From contig CM119264.1 of NCBI GenBank assembly GCA_051294375.1, forward strand, positions 11,841,100 through 11,905,099: a stretch of DNA of 64,000 bases, given 5' to 3'. The notes beneath the pieces are model-generated. The model was given only the letters and a program-made list of their open reading frames with translations. It was not told where the DNA came from and did not search any database. The position numbers were made by a program, and so were the translations under genes. The DNA comes from Paraspadella gotoi (Eukaryota; Animalia; Chaetognatha). Position 1 is the first letter of the stretch, and the number at the start of each line of letters is the position of its first letter. Shown here piece by piece: positions 50,736 to 63,884 of the stretch.

Positions 50736-52335
50736 CCGGCAACAGTCTTTATCGTGCTGCCTCCGCGTACCTAACTGGCAGGAAGATGAGGAACCGGAGT
50801 GCTTCCCTCTGGACATTCTCAACTGCCGCCCGGTGTGGCCCCGATACCGATGATGGTTGACGGAATGATTCAGGAATTATTCTTGCCACAAGAGAAAGAA
50901 AGTGGCAGACACATTACGTATCCAAAATGATTCCGATTGCAGAAAAAAAAAACTTCGCAAACGAAGGGAGACTCTCGCCAAAGATCGTAATAGAATTTTA
51001 GCCGGTAGATGGAGGATCAGGAGGCGTGGGTCGAAGTAGCTTTGTGCGGTGAAGAAAATTAGGTAAGTGGGGAAGATAAGTGTTTTTTAGGCGGAAAAGA
51101 GAAGGGAATGGGATGTGAAAAGGATGAATGAGAGGATTGGACCGTGTCGTGAAGACTTAGTTTAGGATGGATTGTAAGGTGTATGGAGCCCACTCCTCCT
51201 GAAAATGTAATGCCGGTAAAGTTCGAATAGATGGGACGTACATGAACACAGACCTGAAAACCTGTTTACCGGAAATGTAGTGTGAGAGACCTCTGGGAGT
51301 GCGAATATCCCATAAGATACGTATTTTCTCTTCGTCCTATTCTGTGGATAAGGCTGTCTCTCTCTTTTCTTAACTTGTCGGTGGGCTAATAGATGACTGG
51401 TCTCGTAAATGTCTTCCCCTATTCCCCACAACTCCCCTCTCGTCTCCTAGCAAGCCTATGGAAGCAGTGCTCTCGTCGTTCGCCTGGACAATTGCGCCAC
51501 ATCCAGATATGTCTAATTGAAAAGAAGTGTTGTTTGCCATGCAATTGCTCATCCCCCTCATATGGCGAACCGGCATTTTACGAGCCGGTCACTCAGACGC
51601 TTCCCGCAGAAGATAATCCGTACGGATGGGATTGGAATCCCTTTAAATTTTTGTTTACAGTTTTTGTGGTGACTCTTTTGTTAGTTTGGGTACCCCAATT
51701 AAAAAAGGGCAGCTGATGCGCTTACTCAATTGAGCCACCGGGTCGGGGATGTGAGTTCATAGGACGGGGTGAACGAATGTTCGGGCTTTTATGCCCCGAT
51801 TATCTACATAATCAAAATCTTCTAGCTTGATGGGTGTATCATTTGTTATATTTTTAAACGATTGTTTAATTTGGTCGTAAATAGGTTATAAAAACTTCAA
51901 AATAATAAAATATGAATTAACGTTCATATATTTTCTACATGTAATTCATCATTTCTACTCTTACCCTTATACCTACATAACTTATATTCACGAACTCCCT
52001 GAGAGTCAAAAGAGTGTAAAAAAGGCATCTTCCTTAATAAGTTAATTTCGCTGCCGAATTCACCTTCGTAACCACGCTAACATGTTTGTTCGTCTCCCAA
52101 ATAGTCATTTTCTCACTTTGCCGCGTCTTATCTCACATTCGTGTGACTCTCAAAAACTCACGAGGATTAGATACTATCTACAAAAAGATGTTAAAGTCCA
52201 TTAAGGATTTCAGTACCTCTAAAGCAATATTAAGATTTAAGATCATTTAACTCTACCACGACAGTGAAAGATACTCGAAGTCATTCCTCAAACGGGTTCA
52301 TGGTTTTGTCTCATCGATCGCTGAGATAAATGTAC

Positions 52336-52628
52336 GTCTGCCCCGTGGTCGGAGCTCCCATCATACCTCATCACCCTAACGTCGTATGCGTGACCGTCTC
52401 GGCGGTATTCCACTTCCGGAACGGAACCGAGCTAATGACCCATACCTACGAAAGAGGCCTGGAGTGGCGTTTCTTCTTCGGGAGGATTGGTGTTTGTTGG
52501 GGATGCAGACCGGATGGCTCCACCATACGATCAGTTTTGGCTCCTCAGGATGTGGCTGCATCGGGCGGAGAGATTTGGAGCAGAATGAGAATTAAATTGA
52601 GGGATAATGCCCAGATGGTTAAGAATCT
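52336..52628 (-). CDS. Cadherin-repeat exon (frameshifted by sequence noise)
   Basis: ILNHLGIIPQF at the start and PEVEYRRDGHAYDVRVMRYDG at the end, cf. DxNDNxPxF ... LDYE...YxLxVxAxDG; donor |GTACAT. Confidence 0.55.
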
Positions 52629-53814
52629 CTGACCACCGTCCTCGTTTTATTAATTAAGCAATCATGCTTCCTGACTTGGTTCGTGTAAAATGCCTTCATC
52701 ACTCTTAATAGATTTAATGACCATACCAGGCTCCCTGGAAGCTTTGCATCAAGACTCTCTCACATTCGAGTTATTCACTCTCAGAGCCACCTGGCTTTAA
52801 ACTTGGTGAGTCAATAGAAGCTGGATGTAGACTGATTTCTCCATTGGCGGATCACATGATGAAACGAAGTTCTCAGTATTGAACTTATAGAATAGTAATA
52901 ACACGTATTATTTGTGTACAAATTGTTTTCATATAAAGCCAACCTCTGACCGAGCCTCTTTTTATGTTACATATAGGACCCTCACAGTGTGATATATATT
53001 TAATAAATATTTTATTATCTGCACCTATACCCGTTAGCAACGATATCACTTATATTATGACCATACATAACCCAATGTGAATAGTAATTGATATGCTGAG
53101 ATTTATCTAGTTTACCTTCGGTTTAATGATCATTTAGTGATAATTATTAATTATTATTTTTGTGGTACCAGAAAATTTCTATCCCTGTAACGGAAAAAAA
53201 TAGAATATCCCTTACTGGGTAAAAAAAATTATCCTAACCAAAAACCCATTTTGTTTAAAACAATCTGGAAAATCTTTAACTGACAAAAAAAAATTTAAGA
53301 ATAAAAATGAATAAGAAAAAACTTTGAAATGGAAAAAAGAATATAAGAAAACAATATAATAAATTGACCACTGAGTTAGAATAGAAATCATATTTTGGCT
53401 ATAAAAATTTAATTGTTGAAATTTCCGTCGCGTCGGACGTCCGACTAATGAAGCGAAGAGTATGAGAATCGCGAAGATGAGCTCACGCTGCAGATCTCCC
53501 CCCTCCAAAGCCTGAAGATTGGAGGACAAAAGAAAGACGAGTTGGCGACATTTCTTGAAGTAAAAGAGGGAAAGACAGAGAAAGAGAGAGAAATCGAGAG
53601 AGTGAATTAGAGAGAGAGCAGAGATCACGCAGAAGAGAGAGAGAGATAAAGAGAGAGAGAGAGAGTAAGAACATAACGAATCAAGCGACATAGGTAGTTA
53701 ATGCAGAGAACACAAAAAAAAAGATTGAATGACCAAAGAAACATTTTTTTGTTTCTTAAGTCGTGGACTGACAACTTGCCTAGTCCGTTTTCCAATTTTT
53801 GATAACTCTCTCCT

Positions 53815-53852
<38 letters not shown>

Positions 53853-53996
53853 GCGGTGCAATCTCGGTCATCTCTCTCTCCTCCTCTCTCTTCTCTCTCT
53901 CTCTTTCTCCTTCTCCACGTTTTCTTCTCTTTTATTATTCTATCCTTTTTCCTCATTGAATTTTCATTCTCTCTTTTATACATCGGGTTCTCTTAA

Positions 53997-54048
<52 letters not shown>

Positions 54049-54249
54049 CTCGTCTCTCTCCCTGGCTCCCTCCCTCCCTCCCTCTCTCGCCCATCCCTTT
54101 CATCGCCGTCGGATTGTCAATTCCATTTCTTCTGCTTTTTATTCATGACAATTTTAATTTCAGACTCTCGGAGGTCAACTTGCAGAGACTTGAATGAGAG
54201 AGAGAGAAGGAGTGAATATATAGCCATCGGCAAACTCAAAAAAGGGAAG

Positions 54250-54334
54250 CCAGCAATTGTTTCCTGCAGGGAATGGGTGATAATAAGGAATAGAGATGTC
54301 ACGTCTCGAGCGTCGAGGGAGAAGTTCTCCGCGC
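54250..54334 (-). CDS. Cadherin-like exon; 3' boundary approximate
   Basis: ctttcag| then AENFSLDARDVTSLFLIITHSLQE cf. FxLD....LxxxxxLDxE. Confidence 0.45.
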
Positions 54335-57113
54335 CTGAAAGAGATGATTAAAACCATAGCTAACTATAAATTGCTTTTTCTATGTGTGCATACTTTTCTA
54401 TTTTTACTCCTCTTTTTTCTTCGAATGTTTTCTATTTCACTATTTTATAATTTTTTTTTCATTTCCTATCCTTTTATTTCATAATTTTTATTTCTCAGTC
54501 ACTTTTTCGGTCGGTCTGTCGTCGGATCGGATAGGTGTTACGTCCGTCTATGTCGTCCCTTTTAGACGGGGCGTTTAAGAAAAAATGATAAAAAAAAAAT
54601 AAAAAATAGTTGCCAGAAATAATAGTATAGAGCGAATAAAAATAGACAATAAACAAATTTGTGAAGAAAATAAAAACAAAGAAAATAAAAAAAAAAACAT
54701 ACAATCAAAGAAAATAATATAAAAAAGGGAAACTGCTAGGGCAGCGGCGCCTTCAGCATTCCTAAAACTGGTGCAGTGCATGTCATAAATATAGCGGCAA
54801 AGAAAATTTTTTAGACATGCCATGACATGGTCAAAAAAATGTCATTGACAAGTATACACGTAAATACAAAAAAGGAAATACAGCGGAGACACTAAAAAAA
54901 AGACAAAGATAACACAAAGAGACATAGGTGGAAAAAATACACAGTATACATCTAATATATTCCTTACAATGAATTACTACAATTTTAAATACACTATTTA
55001 TATATTTCCTTAAATATATTAGACTAAATCGGAAATCAACATAATATTACCTATATAATAATTTATACTACATATTTATCACAAAGGTTTTAAAAATTCC
55101 TAATATATCTTCATATGGAACGACAGGGATTATTGACTAATTTATTCTTCGATAACAAAAAAAACAAAAAGACAAGAAAAGAATAACAGGCAAACAATTA
55201 AAGACTGAAAAAAACCAAAGCGGAGAAAAAGCGAAACCGTAATTACAGCTTAACGATTCTTAATTGCTTTTCGAACCACTAATTTTGAGCTATTAACTTA
55301 GAATTAGGGGCCGATTTTGTTCTTGGTTAATGCAGCAAAAAGTCAATTGGCACTTTCTCCTTCTTTCTATTACTCTCTCTCTCTCTTCTCTCTCTCTAAC
55401 TCTCTCTCTCTTCTCTCTCTCTCTACATCATCTGCTCTCTTCTCTCAATTCTCTCTCTCGTACTTCTCTGACCAACTAAATACAAAACCAAAAACCAAAG
55501 AAGTCTACCTGTTTGAAAGAAAAACGATTTAAAGACTATCGTTCTGTCTTTGTCATATTATGGTACTTGTTGTCGCCACTTGTCAATAATAAGCTTTGTC
55601 GATTCTTGTCATTACTTGTCAATTCTTTGTCATCCTTGTCCTATCTGAGAGAATATGATCGAATCTTCGCAGTACGGATTAATCGGATCGTACAGTATCA
55701 TCGATGCAGAATGCGAGATCCCAAGGAACAGGTACAATATGATCGTCAGACGAGTTATATTTATACTCCTCGTTACCATGCGTTGAGTAAGTTTATTGTG
55801 ATAAGAAAAAGAATGAGGAAAAAAAATCCAAAATCTTTTCTGAAGATAATTTTTGAAAATTGGATCTAAGATGCTTTGCGAGTCGATGGTGATATAAGTA
55901 AAAGTAGAAATTTCTTGAGCAGAGTAACTTTTCTGTCTCTGCCCTTGTTGCTGCTCTCTTCTCTCTCTCTCTCTCGTGCGGGCTACATCTCATCTGCTAT
56001 CGGGTCTCTGTGCTCTCTCCTCTCTCTCTCCTCTCTCCCAGCCCCCTTTTACTCGTTCCGGTCAAAAAGAGGGGCAAAGACAGATTGATTTCTAAAGAAC
56101 GACCAAGAGCTTCAGAAGAACTGCCATTTTTTTCCGAGGCATTATATGCTGCCCCATTTTTCTGCCATTTTTTTTGCCGGCTGCATTCTTGGACCATTTG
56201 CCGATTTGGGAGGTCCCGCGGTCAATAACTCTCCTCTGAATTTCCCCGTCTGGCCGTCTTTCGGGTTTGTCAGCTAAATTAGGCGCTAATCCTGGTCGTA
56301 TCCCCAGGTTTTGGGACTAGGTTTTCCGATATATTCATTTTTTGGAGACAAATCACATATTTTCTGGTTTGCTTCTTTATAAATGAATTGAAACCTTCAG
56401 CTCTCGCATCGAACTGACTTTTTTAGTTTTTGACCTCCAAGAGTGTTATCGTGCGTTCTAAAAAAGGTCCTCTCTCTTGGGTCTCACGTTCTTCAATCTT
56501 GTGGCTTAACAGGTCTCAAGAGAAGAGTCGGAATAAGGGTGCAAAGGAACCTTGCCGAGAATAGGAAAACAGGGTCTTCTTGGTTCCTTAGGTCCTAAAA
56601 AAGTTTTCGAAGTAGGTTTTTGGAGAAGTTCGTAGGTCTCTCCCCTTTGTTTTTCAGCTGAGAGAAAAATCGATAATGCAAAGTTTGTTCACTTGGTAAA
56701 GAATTTAAATGAATATAAAAATTATAGAGTTAAGACATTTAGGTGCGATTCATTATTTTTAAGAGCAGCTTTGGAAAAAGGTATCATATCTTTTTCCGGC
56801 ATTAATTTCTTAGTAATGTAAGAGATTACTAACTTAGAAAACATTATTTGGCGAACTTTTAAGCGAAGCAAGTCAAGTATGCAAATTTGTCAATTTGTAA
56901 GTTCGCGGTCAACCTTTTCAAAGAGGAAAAGGAAAAGAAAGTAACTATTAGTTCTAGAGCGTCTTCTCTCTCTCTACGCTTCCTCTCTCTCTCTCTCTTC
57001 TCTACTCTCTCTGCTCTCTCTCTCTCTGCGGTCTCTCTCTCGTACTCTCTCTCTCTCTCCTCTCTTCTCTCTCACCACACGAAGGCACTGACTAATCGAT
57101 AGCAAAAACTCAC

Positions 57114-57146
57114 CCTGTCCCGCCTTACTTTCAAGCGAAACGAGCG
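57114..57146 (-). CDS. Cadherin F-strand micro-exon
   Basis: RSFRLKVRRDR then |GTGAGT, cf. YxLxVxAxDxG. Confidence 0.4.
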
Positions 57147-57629
57147 CTCCATCTCTCTCTCTCTCTCTAACTCTCTCTCCGGACGAGGAAAAGGGTCCGC
57201 AGTTTCCTACGGATCTCCGGAGCGAAAAGCCAGAATTGTCTTTGCCTTTCATCTGAATATTTCATCGACGGCGGCGGCGAGAGAAGAAAAATGAAAGACG
57301 CGGGAGACCGAGAGCAGAGGAGAGAAGAGAGGAGAGAGAGATGGAGAGAGAGGAGAGAGAAGAGAGGAGAGAGCCAGATTAATAGATCAAAGGAACAGAG
57401 ACGTATAGATTAAATAGATAAATTAGAAAGATAGTGCATGATCGAGATAGAGATAGATAAGCCAGACAGATAGATAGATAAAATAGATAGATAACTAGAT
57501 AAATACGGCTAGATAGATAAAAGGAAAGAAGTGGATGAAATAGAGAAAGCAAAAGAGCGATAGCGATGTACAGAGTCGATGAAAACCCAAAAGTATTTTT
57601 TCGTCTTTCTCAATAGCAACATTCATTCA

Positions 57630-58050
57630 CGAGGAAAAGAGGGAGAAGCTAGAGAGGGAGGGGGAGGAGGGAAGAGAAACGAGAGAGAGGGAGACGGAGG
57701 AGGGGGCGAGGGAAGAGAGGAGGAGAGGAGGAGGAGGGGGAAGAGGAGGAGAAGAGGAGAAGAGGGAGGAGGAGAGGGAGGAAGAGAAGGAGGAGAGGGA
57801 GAAAGTGAGAGGTGAGGAGAGGGAGGAATAAAAGGAGGAAGGGCGAGAAGAGGAGGAGGGAGTGGGAGAAGAGGAGGAGGAGAGGCGAGGAGAGGAGGAG
57901 AAGAGGGGAGAAGAGAAGTATGGAGAGGTGAGAAGAGAAGTAGGAGAAGGGAGAAGATGGAGGCAGGAGAGGGAGAAGAGGAGCGAAGCAGAGGGAGAAG
58001 AGACGAGGAGGAGAGGCGAGAGAGGAGGAGGAGAGGGAGAAAGAAGGAGG
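57630..58050. repeat. Purine-rich (GAG/GGA) low-complexity tract, preceded by a (GATA)n-like tract at ~57405-57520
   Basis: Directly visible. Confidence 0.9.
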
Positions 58051-58891
58051 AAATCGAAAATGAAAGAAAAGGTCAGAATTGAAGTAAAATGCCGACGGAC
58101 CGATCGGTGGGGGGGGATCGAGGCGGGGAAGGGGGGGCGTGGAAAGGAGGCCGAGTGGGGGGGAAGGATGCAGACAATCGTCGTTTTCTTGTGGTTGAGA
58201 CTTTGACACACACAGTTGGAGCGTCGTAATGGTGGACAAAGATTTGGGCAGAGATGTGGGCAGAGATTAGGACTTTTGTTGGAATCGTCCATCGATGAAA
58301 TGCACGACGGACAACAATCAACAATTAACAATAACAAACAACAACGATATGGACGAACGACAAAACGGACGGAACACGACTAAGATTTTTTTTTAAAAAG
58401 ATTGTTCACTTTAGCGTTTTCGATGCTTGAAATATTTGTAGCTGTTGAGGAAAATTTGAAGTTGGACGCCTCATTTATTCCAAAAAAAAACATTCGGCAC
58501 ACGATATTTTGTCCTTTAATCAAATGATGGTTAGGTCTCAGATTAAGAACAAGAAAGATATTTTTTAAAGATACTAATCGTTCTGAACGATCTTAGATTT
58601 TACTTGACTTTAATTTTTTACTTAAATTTTATCTTGCGTTGAAATTAACTTTACATTCATTTTACTTACTTTACATTTTTCTACTTTACAATAAATGATT
58701 CTTTTCTTTACCTTCTTAAACTTTACTTTTACTTTCCTTTCTTTACTTTACCTTTATTAATTAACTTTAAACCTTACTGTTACTTCCCCAACGCACACTC
58801 TTCCCTCTCTCCTCGATCGGCAAGGAAGTTCATAATTTCTCTCCGGTTTCGCAGTCGACGATCAGAATATTTTGGGTGAGCTTAATGATAC

Positions 58892-59044
58892 GTCACGGAG
58901 GATTAATATGCGTTGAGTTATGGTGAGGTTATGCTTGAGGTCAGTGCATCGGATCGCGAGGGGGGCGTTCGAAAGGTCGGCAGGGAGGTTCAAGACTTTT
59001 TGGGGAACTGAGGCAGAAATAGGGTGACGGAGGGAAAAGGTGGG
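58892..59044 (-). CDS. Cadherin-repeat exon
   Basis: atgcag| ... |GTATCA; 153 nt; ...APLAIRCTDLKHNLTITQRILILRD cf. LxVxATDxxxLxxxxxIxVxD. Confidence 0.6.
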
Positions 59045-62000
59045 CTGCATCGGGGGGAGGAAGACAAAGAGAGAGGTAAGAGAGGAGGCAGAGAAGAGAG
59101 ATATATGAGAGAGATTTTACGGTAAAACAGAAAGAAAGATGAGAATAGAGAGAGAGGAGAAGAGAGAGAAAGATCGCACCACGATGAGAGAGAGAGAGGA
59201 GAGAGGGCTACATGGAGTAGCGGACATGAGATAGGAAGAAAATGCAGAGAGATGTCGTAATGTTTGAAGCGGGCGAGTAATAGGTAGAGAGATAGACCTA
59301 TGTGAGAATTACAAATATAAGCTTCAAATTTAAAAAAAGTCTTTATATCCCCTAGGAAAAAAAGATTAACTTTTTTTTTTATCGTTTAAGGTCCGGGAAT
59401 CACTAACAAAAATTCAAAAATTAATAATTGAGAGCTATGAAAACAACGAAGCTCGGATTTCGAAAGGGAACAGGGAGCTCCTGGAGGAACGATTTTTACG
59501 AAAATGTAAATTCACATTTACTATTTTTTCAAAGAGTTGTCATGCGTTTGTGTGCGAAATTAGGTTTTTGGTTACTATATAAAATAAAAGAAGAACCGTG
59601 ATTCTTTGGAAAGAGTTTTGCAGCCCAACAAACAGGGTTTAGTTTTTTTCTCTATTGTGAAATTTTTTTGGCCTTAACCTGACAACTGAAATATTGAGCC
59701 TTTAGGAATCATATATTTTTTTGCGACCTCTAATTTATGAAAAGATACTTTCAAAAGTCATTTGTCTTGCCTTCTATTCACGATTACACCATTTGATTAT
59801 CTTATTTTTTATCAATGTTCGTGCCGGATTACGCTCTCCTTGATATTTTTGAAACGAAAACATTTTTCAAAAAACGCGCTCATAGAATCTCCCCCAGCGT
59901 TGTGCTTTTCCTCTCGGACCCACCAGAGTATACCCGGTGGTGGTTTTGTGTTTTCAGAGAAAAGTCAACGGTTTGAGCCCCTGGCAAAACCTCTCTCCAG
60001 TTTTACGTTAAATCACTTCGTGTCCCACCCAAGACCATATAGTGTTGAGTATATTCCCAATAGAATAAGCTTCACCTCAAACCATCGATTCACCGCCACA
60101 TATATAAAAATAAAAGCATAATTACGACGTTCTATTAATTTTGACAATAAATTCTATTCCACATTTTTTTTTGAATCTTGTTTATCTATTATATATCTTC
60201 TAATATTTAGCTATTTATAATAATACCCGTTCTGGTGTCGAAAAATGGTGGGATGGGAGATTGTAGTGCGAATAAAGTTTTGAGGTATGACTATATAAGT
60301 GAGGTTGTACAACTGCCATTGGAGTATGTACTGTCGTAGCAATAATATGAGAAGAATCTATAATATAATGAACCGTGTGTGATAGAAGATATTGTTAATC
60401 TTTCTACTGTATAAGATATATATCAGTTTTATTTAACGATTATATATAATAATAACAAATTTAGATTGACGCCTATGCAAATGGTTCTTATCAGTTCTCT
60501 CTGAAATCTCAGATGCTTACATATTCAAACACACTTTGTTTCGCTGTCGTTTTGCAAAATCTGAGTCTTTACTCTTTCCGTGAACCGTACATACACATAA
60601 CTTTTCGTTCTCTCTTTCATAACTCTTTCTTACTAAACATTCTTCTTATTCTTTAGCCTATCTTTTAAACCAGTTCTCGATTATCTCTCTTTCACATCAC
60701 GCATAACACCTTCTTCATCCAATGATTATCGAGTGAAAACACTCGCACCTTACACGCAACTAACCAACGAAAGACAATCAAATTAAGATTTTTACAAGTT
60801 ATACTCTAGGATTCGCAGTTCCCGATCCCTTTTTGGGCTCTTCCTCTCTTAACAATTCGCTACATCATTGAAAATAATAAACTCTGAAAAGGTGCCTAGT
60901 TTACTCGTCGTGAAATTTGCGCAAAGAGTCCAAAAATGCCCTTTGTGAAACAGATATGCGACATGATATGGCTCGAAGGTGCCGGCATATATTTTATTAG
61001 CCATAAGATTCACTTACGTTTGAACTCACGGGGTGGCAAAAATTGTGGTATTGATTCTATGAGCTGACGTGCGGTGGTGATGCGTGAGAAATATACTCTC
61101 CAAAGTGAGACAGACTTTTGATATAGGTCTTCGTTATTTATAATCTCCGCTCCATTTCACTTCTCGTGGAGCCCTTCATCTTAGTGTGATATTAACTTTC
61201 CGCTCTTCTCGCGTCTTCTTTTTTCAATTTGTCTTGTGCACGTCCCTGTTCGAATTTTCTCTCCTTCCTTTCTTCCTTTCCTTTCGCCGTCTAATTTTCC
61301 TTCGTAGTGCTTTCTTTTGGTCCCTACAAACGCACTACTGGCATCTCTTAATTCGTCCACTTAATGGCTCGTGGTATTGGCCCCCGACACACGTGGAGAA
61401 AATTGCGCTAGAGAGACAATAGGCCATCGGTCGGAAGAATTACTATTTGGAAACTGTATCATTTATCTCTGTCCGAGCTTCATAGGGTTTATTTTATGTT
61501 TCAGAGCTTCCTCCCAACTCCTACTCTTATTCCCGTTGCAGTGTTAATTCTTGGTCGGAAGTGTAAGTGAATCGTGTTCAAAATTTTTTTGTGTCCAATT
61601 TTTTTTTTTTTTAAGATTTCTCTACGGTACAGGTCGCCGAAGTGGTACAATATCAGTGAATTCCCCGAGATACTTCTTGACAGCTTCGCGATATTTTTGA
61701 TGTTTTTTCGAACGCACTACTCTGGTGATCTGAAAATTGGAGAATGTCTTTTAAGGCGTCTTCCGATTCTGTATTCCTCAGTATCCAAAGTGTCCTCGGG
61801 AGTTGATTTGGAATCTCACTTTCAACATCCGGTTGCTTGTAAAATCTGTCAAAAAAAATTTTTGCCTTTTGAGTTTGTTAGTTAGTGACTCCAATGGAAC
61901 CTTCGGTCTTACTTCCCCGTGTATTGTATCTTCCCGGGCTGAGTGTCGTCGTAAGTTTGACTTTTCGCTTTTACTTTCAGTTGGCGGCTCGGATGTGATT

Positions 62001-62148
62001 TTCCGTTTTTTTTGGATCGGCTTCCCTTTCAATTCCTCGCTTTTCTAACAAACATTACAAGGTTGAAAAAATCTATTCCTTCTTAAACTCTTTCAACTTT
62101 TTTCATCGGTAGGTGAGATTTCCAAAACTGTTGGATGATGATTATCAC

Positions 62149-62322
62149 CTTCTCTTGCGCGCTGATCGCTATTTTTCCGAAACCCGAAAATAAAATTCCG
62201 GCCCGCGGGCTTTTCGCTAGGGTTCGAGCGTAGTTTAGCCCAATTTTTGGTGGTCCCGTGCTCATCGTAAACTGAACTGTTCTATCAGGCCGGGCGTGCG
62301 ATAGTTCACCCGAGGTATTTTG
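62149..62322 (-). CDS. Cadherin-like exon
   Basis: cattag| ... |GTGATA; 174 nt open; QNTSGELSHARPDRTVQF cf. TGxIxxxRPLDRE. Confidence 0.45.
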
Positions 62323-62799
62323 CTAATGGAGAGTAGAGATGTCCCGAGACCGAGAAAGGGAGAGAGACCGAGAGAGAGATTTGAAAGATGACCTAGAGAG
62401 CGCACCTGCAAAGGAGTACAGATTTCCGATCTACGCCCCTAGTAGATTCCATTTAATTATTCTGTTTCTTCATTTTAATATCATTCTTCTCTTACCTCCA
62501 TTCACCACGCACTGGTATACCTTCTTTACCCATTGTTTATTTCTAAGGGCTTAATTTTAAGTTATCCATTCCAGTTCCATTTCCATTCCTTAAATATTAA
62601 ACAATTGAACCCACGCTAACCTCCCCGCCACGTCCCACCCTTTGCTCACGCCTTGCCTCACCGCCTCTCTCTGTCCATGACGCCCACTCGCTTAATCTTT
62701 CCCGTGTGCTGTAACTTGATCTTTACACGTCAACGAATTTACCGAGGACGTCCAAATGTCTTCATTTCTTTCTTTTCGACGAAATTCGTATCTTGTTAC

Positions 62800-62970
62800 T
62801 GAGAGGCTGTTGAACCCCCCGGCAATTGTGCGAGCATTGCGTCATTCGCGCAATTCCCCGCCCATATAGAGATGAGTTGTGCATCGGATCCTCTTTCTTC
62901 CGTTTCGGTCGGTCCGATCACCGTCCCTGGAGGAGATAGAGAATGGAAGTCCTCATTGAAGCAGCGGTCA
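62800..62970 (-). CDS. Cadherin-repeat exon; boundaries approximate
   Basis: FNEDFHSLSPPGTVIGPTETEERGSDAQLISIWAGN cf. ExxPxGTxIG...DxGxNAxLxYSIxxGN. Confidence 0.6.
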
Positions 62971-63184
62971 GTGCCTCTCTGTCTCTTTGTCTCTGTCTTT
63001 GTAAAACACCGTCTGTCTCTCTGCGTCCTTCGTCTCGGTCCTCCCTATTCTAACTTCTTCTTTTTTTTTTCTCTCTCTCTTCGCACCCGTGAAAAAAAGG
63101 GAGGGTCCGTGGAACGAGGAGAGAATGAATGAGGATAAGTGAGGCAAGGGTGAGAGAGAGTGGGGTGAGAGGGACGGTAGAGAC

Positions 63185-63303
63185 GTTCCTTCCTCGCTGT
63201 CCTCGAGAATGAAGGAGGGAACGACGGGGCGGTCGATGCTGAGAGCAGCAATATCCGTTTCCACTCGAACAAACTCTCCAATGTGGACTTCGGGTCCTCC
63301 GCT
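63185..63303 (-). CDS. Cadherin-repeat exon
   Basis: ccatag| acceptor; SGGPEVHIGEFVRVETDIAALSIDRPVVPSFILEDSEEG cf. VxIxExxxVxTxIAxL. Confidence 0.55.
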
Positions 63304-63702
63304 CTATGGTCGGGCGAGGGGGGGGAGGTGAGGGAATTTCGAGTGGGAGAAGCGTGAAGGAATTTACAAACGTCACAACAACAGAAAAAGGAGATGGAAA
63401 GATCGTTGAGATTTTAGCCGGTAGATGGAGGATCAGAGGGTTAAATAGAATCGAAGTTAGAGGAGACGTGGAAGATGGATTTTGGAGCGATGGTTCGAAT
63501 CGAATAGAATGGAAAGACCTGAAACGTTCGATGCATTGGGTCCAAAAGTATTCTCTCCCTTTCTCTCTCTTTCTATTTGTGTCTCAATGTTCTCTAGGAT
63601 CTTTGTCATCCGCAATATAAATATTGTTTGTAAATAAAAATTAACGTTGTTTTATCTCTCTTAATTTTAAAAAGAAAGTCTTTCAACTATAATTATCTTC
63701 AG

Positions 63703-63775
63703 CATCATCATAACCATCATCATCATCGTTATCATCATCATCATCATCATCATTATCATCATCATCGTCTTCATC
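63703..63775. repeat. (CAT)n microsatellite
   Basis: Directly visible. Confidence 0.95.
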
Positions 63776-63785
63776 ACAGACTCAC

Positions 63786-63884
63786 CGTGTGATTCCCGTA
63801 CTGGTACGACTGACCGGCCGACGTGGATGAGGTCGACAACCGGTTCCAGACGAGTTTAGGGCGGAGATTTCCCATCGACACGAC
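63786..63884 (-). CDS. Exon at a cadherin inter-repeat linker
   Basis: aatcag| ... |GTGAGT; 99 nt; VVSMGNLRPKLVWNRL... Confidence 0.55.

Larger units (their letters stand above)
51140..63884 (-). other. Span of minus-strand exons encoding divergent cadherin repeats; continues beyond the window end
   Basis: Several independent exons carry cadherin-like motifs (see the individual exon entries). The sequence is noisy and contains frameshifts. Confidence 0.6.

Noticed and set aside
51393-52632. Small + strand Cys-rich ORFs suggesting an endogenous viral cassette
   Set aside because: The reverse strand gives cadherin-like motifs with splice sites; no viral hallmark motif was seen.
55530-55645. 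Recurrent TTGTC motif every ~10-20 bp
   Set aside because: Irregular low-complexity repeat in noisy sequence with no boundaries or consistent frame.
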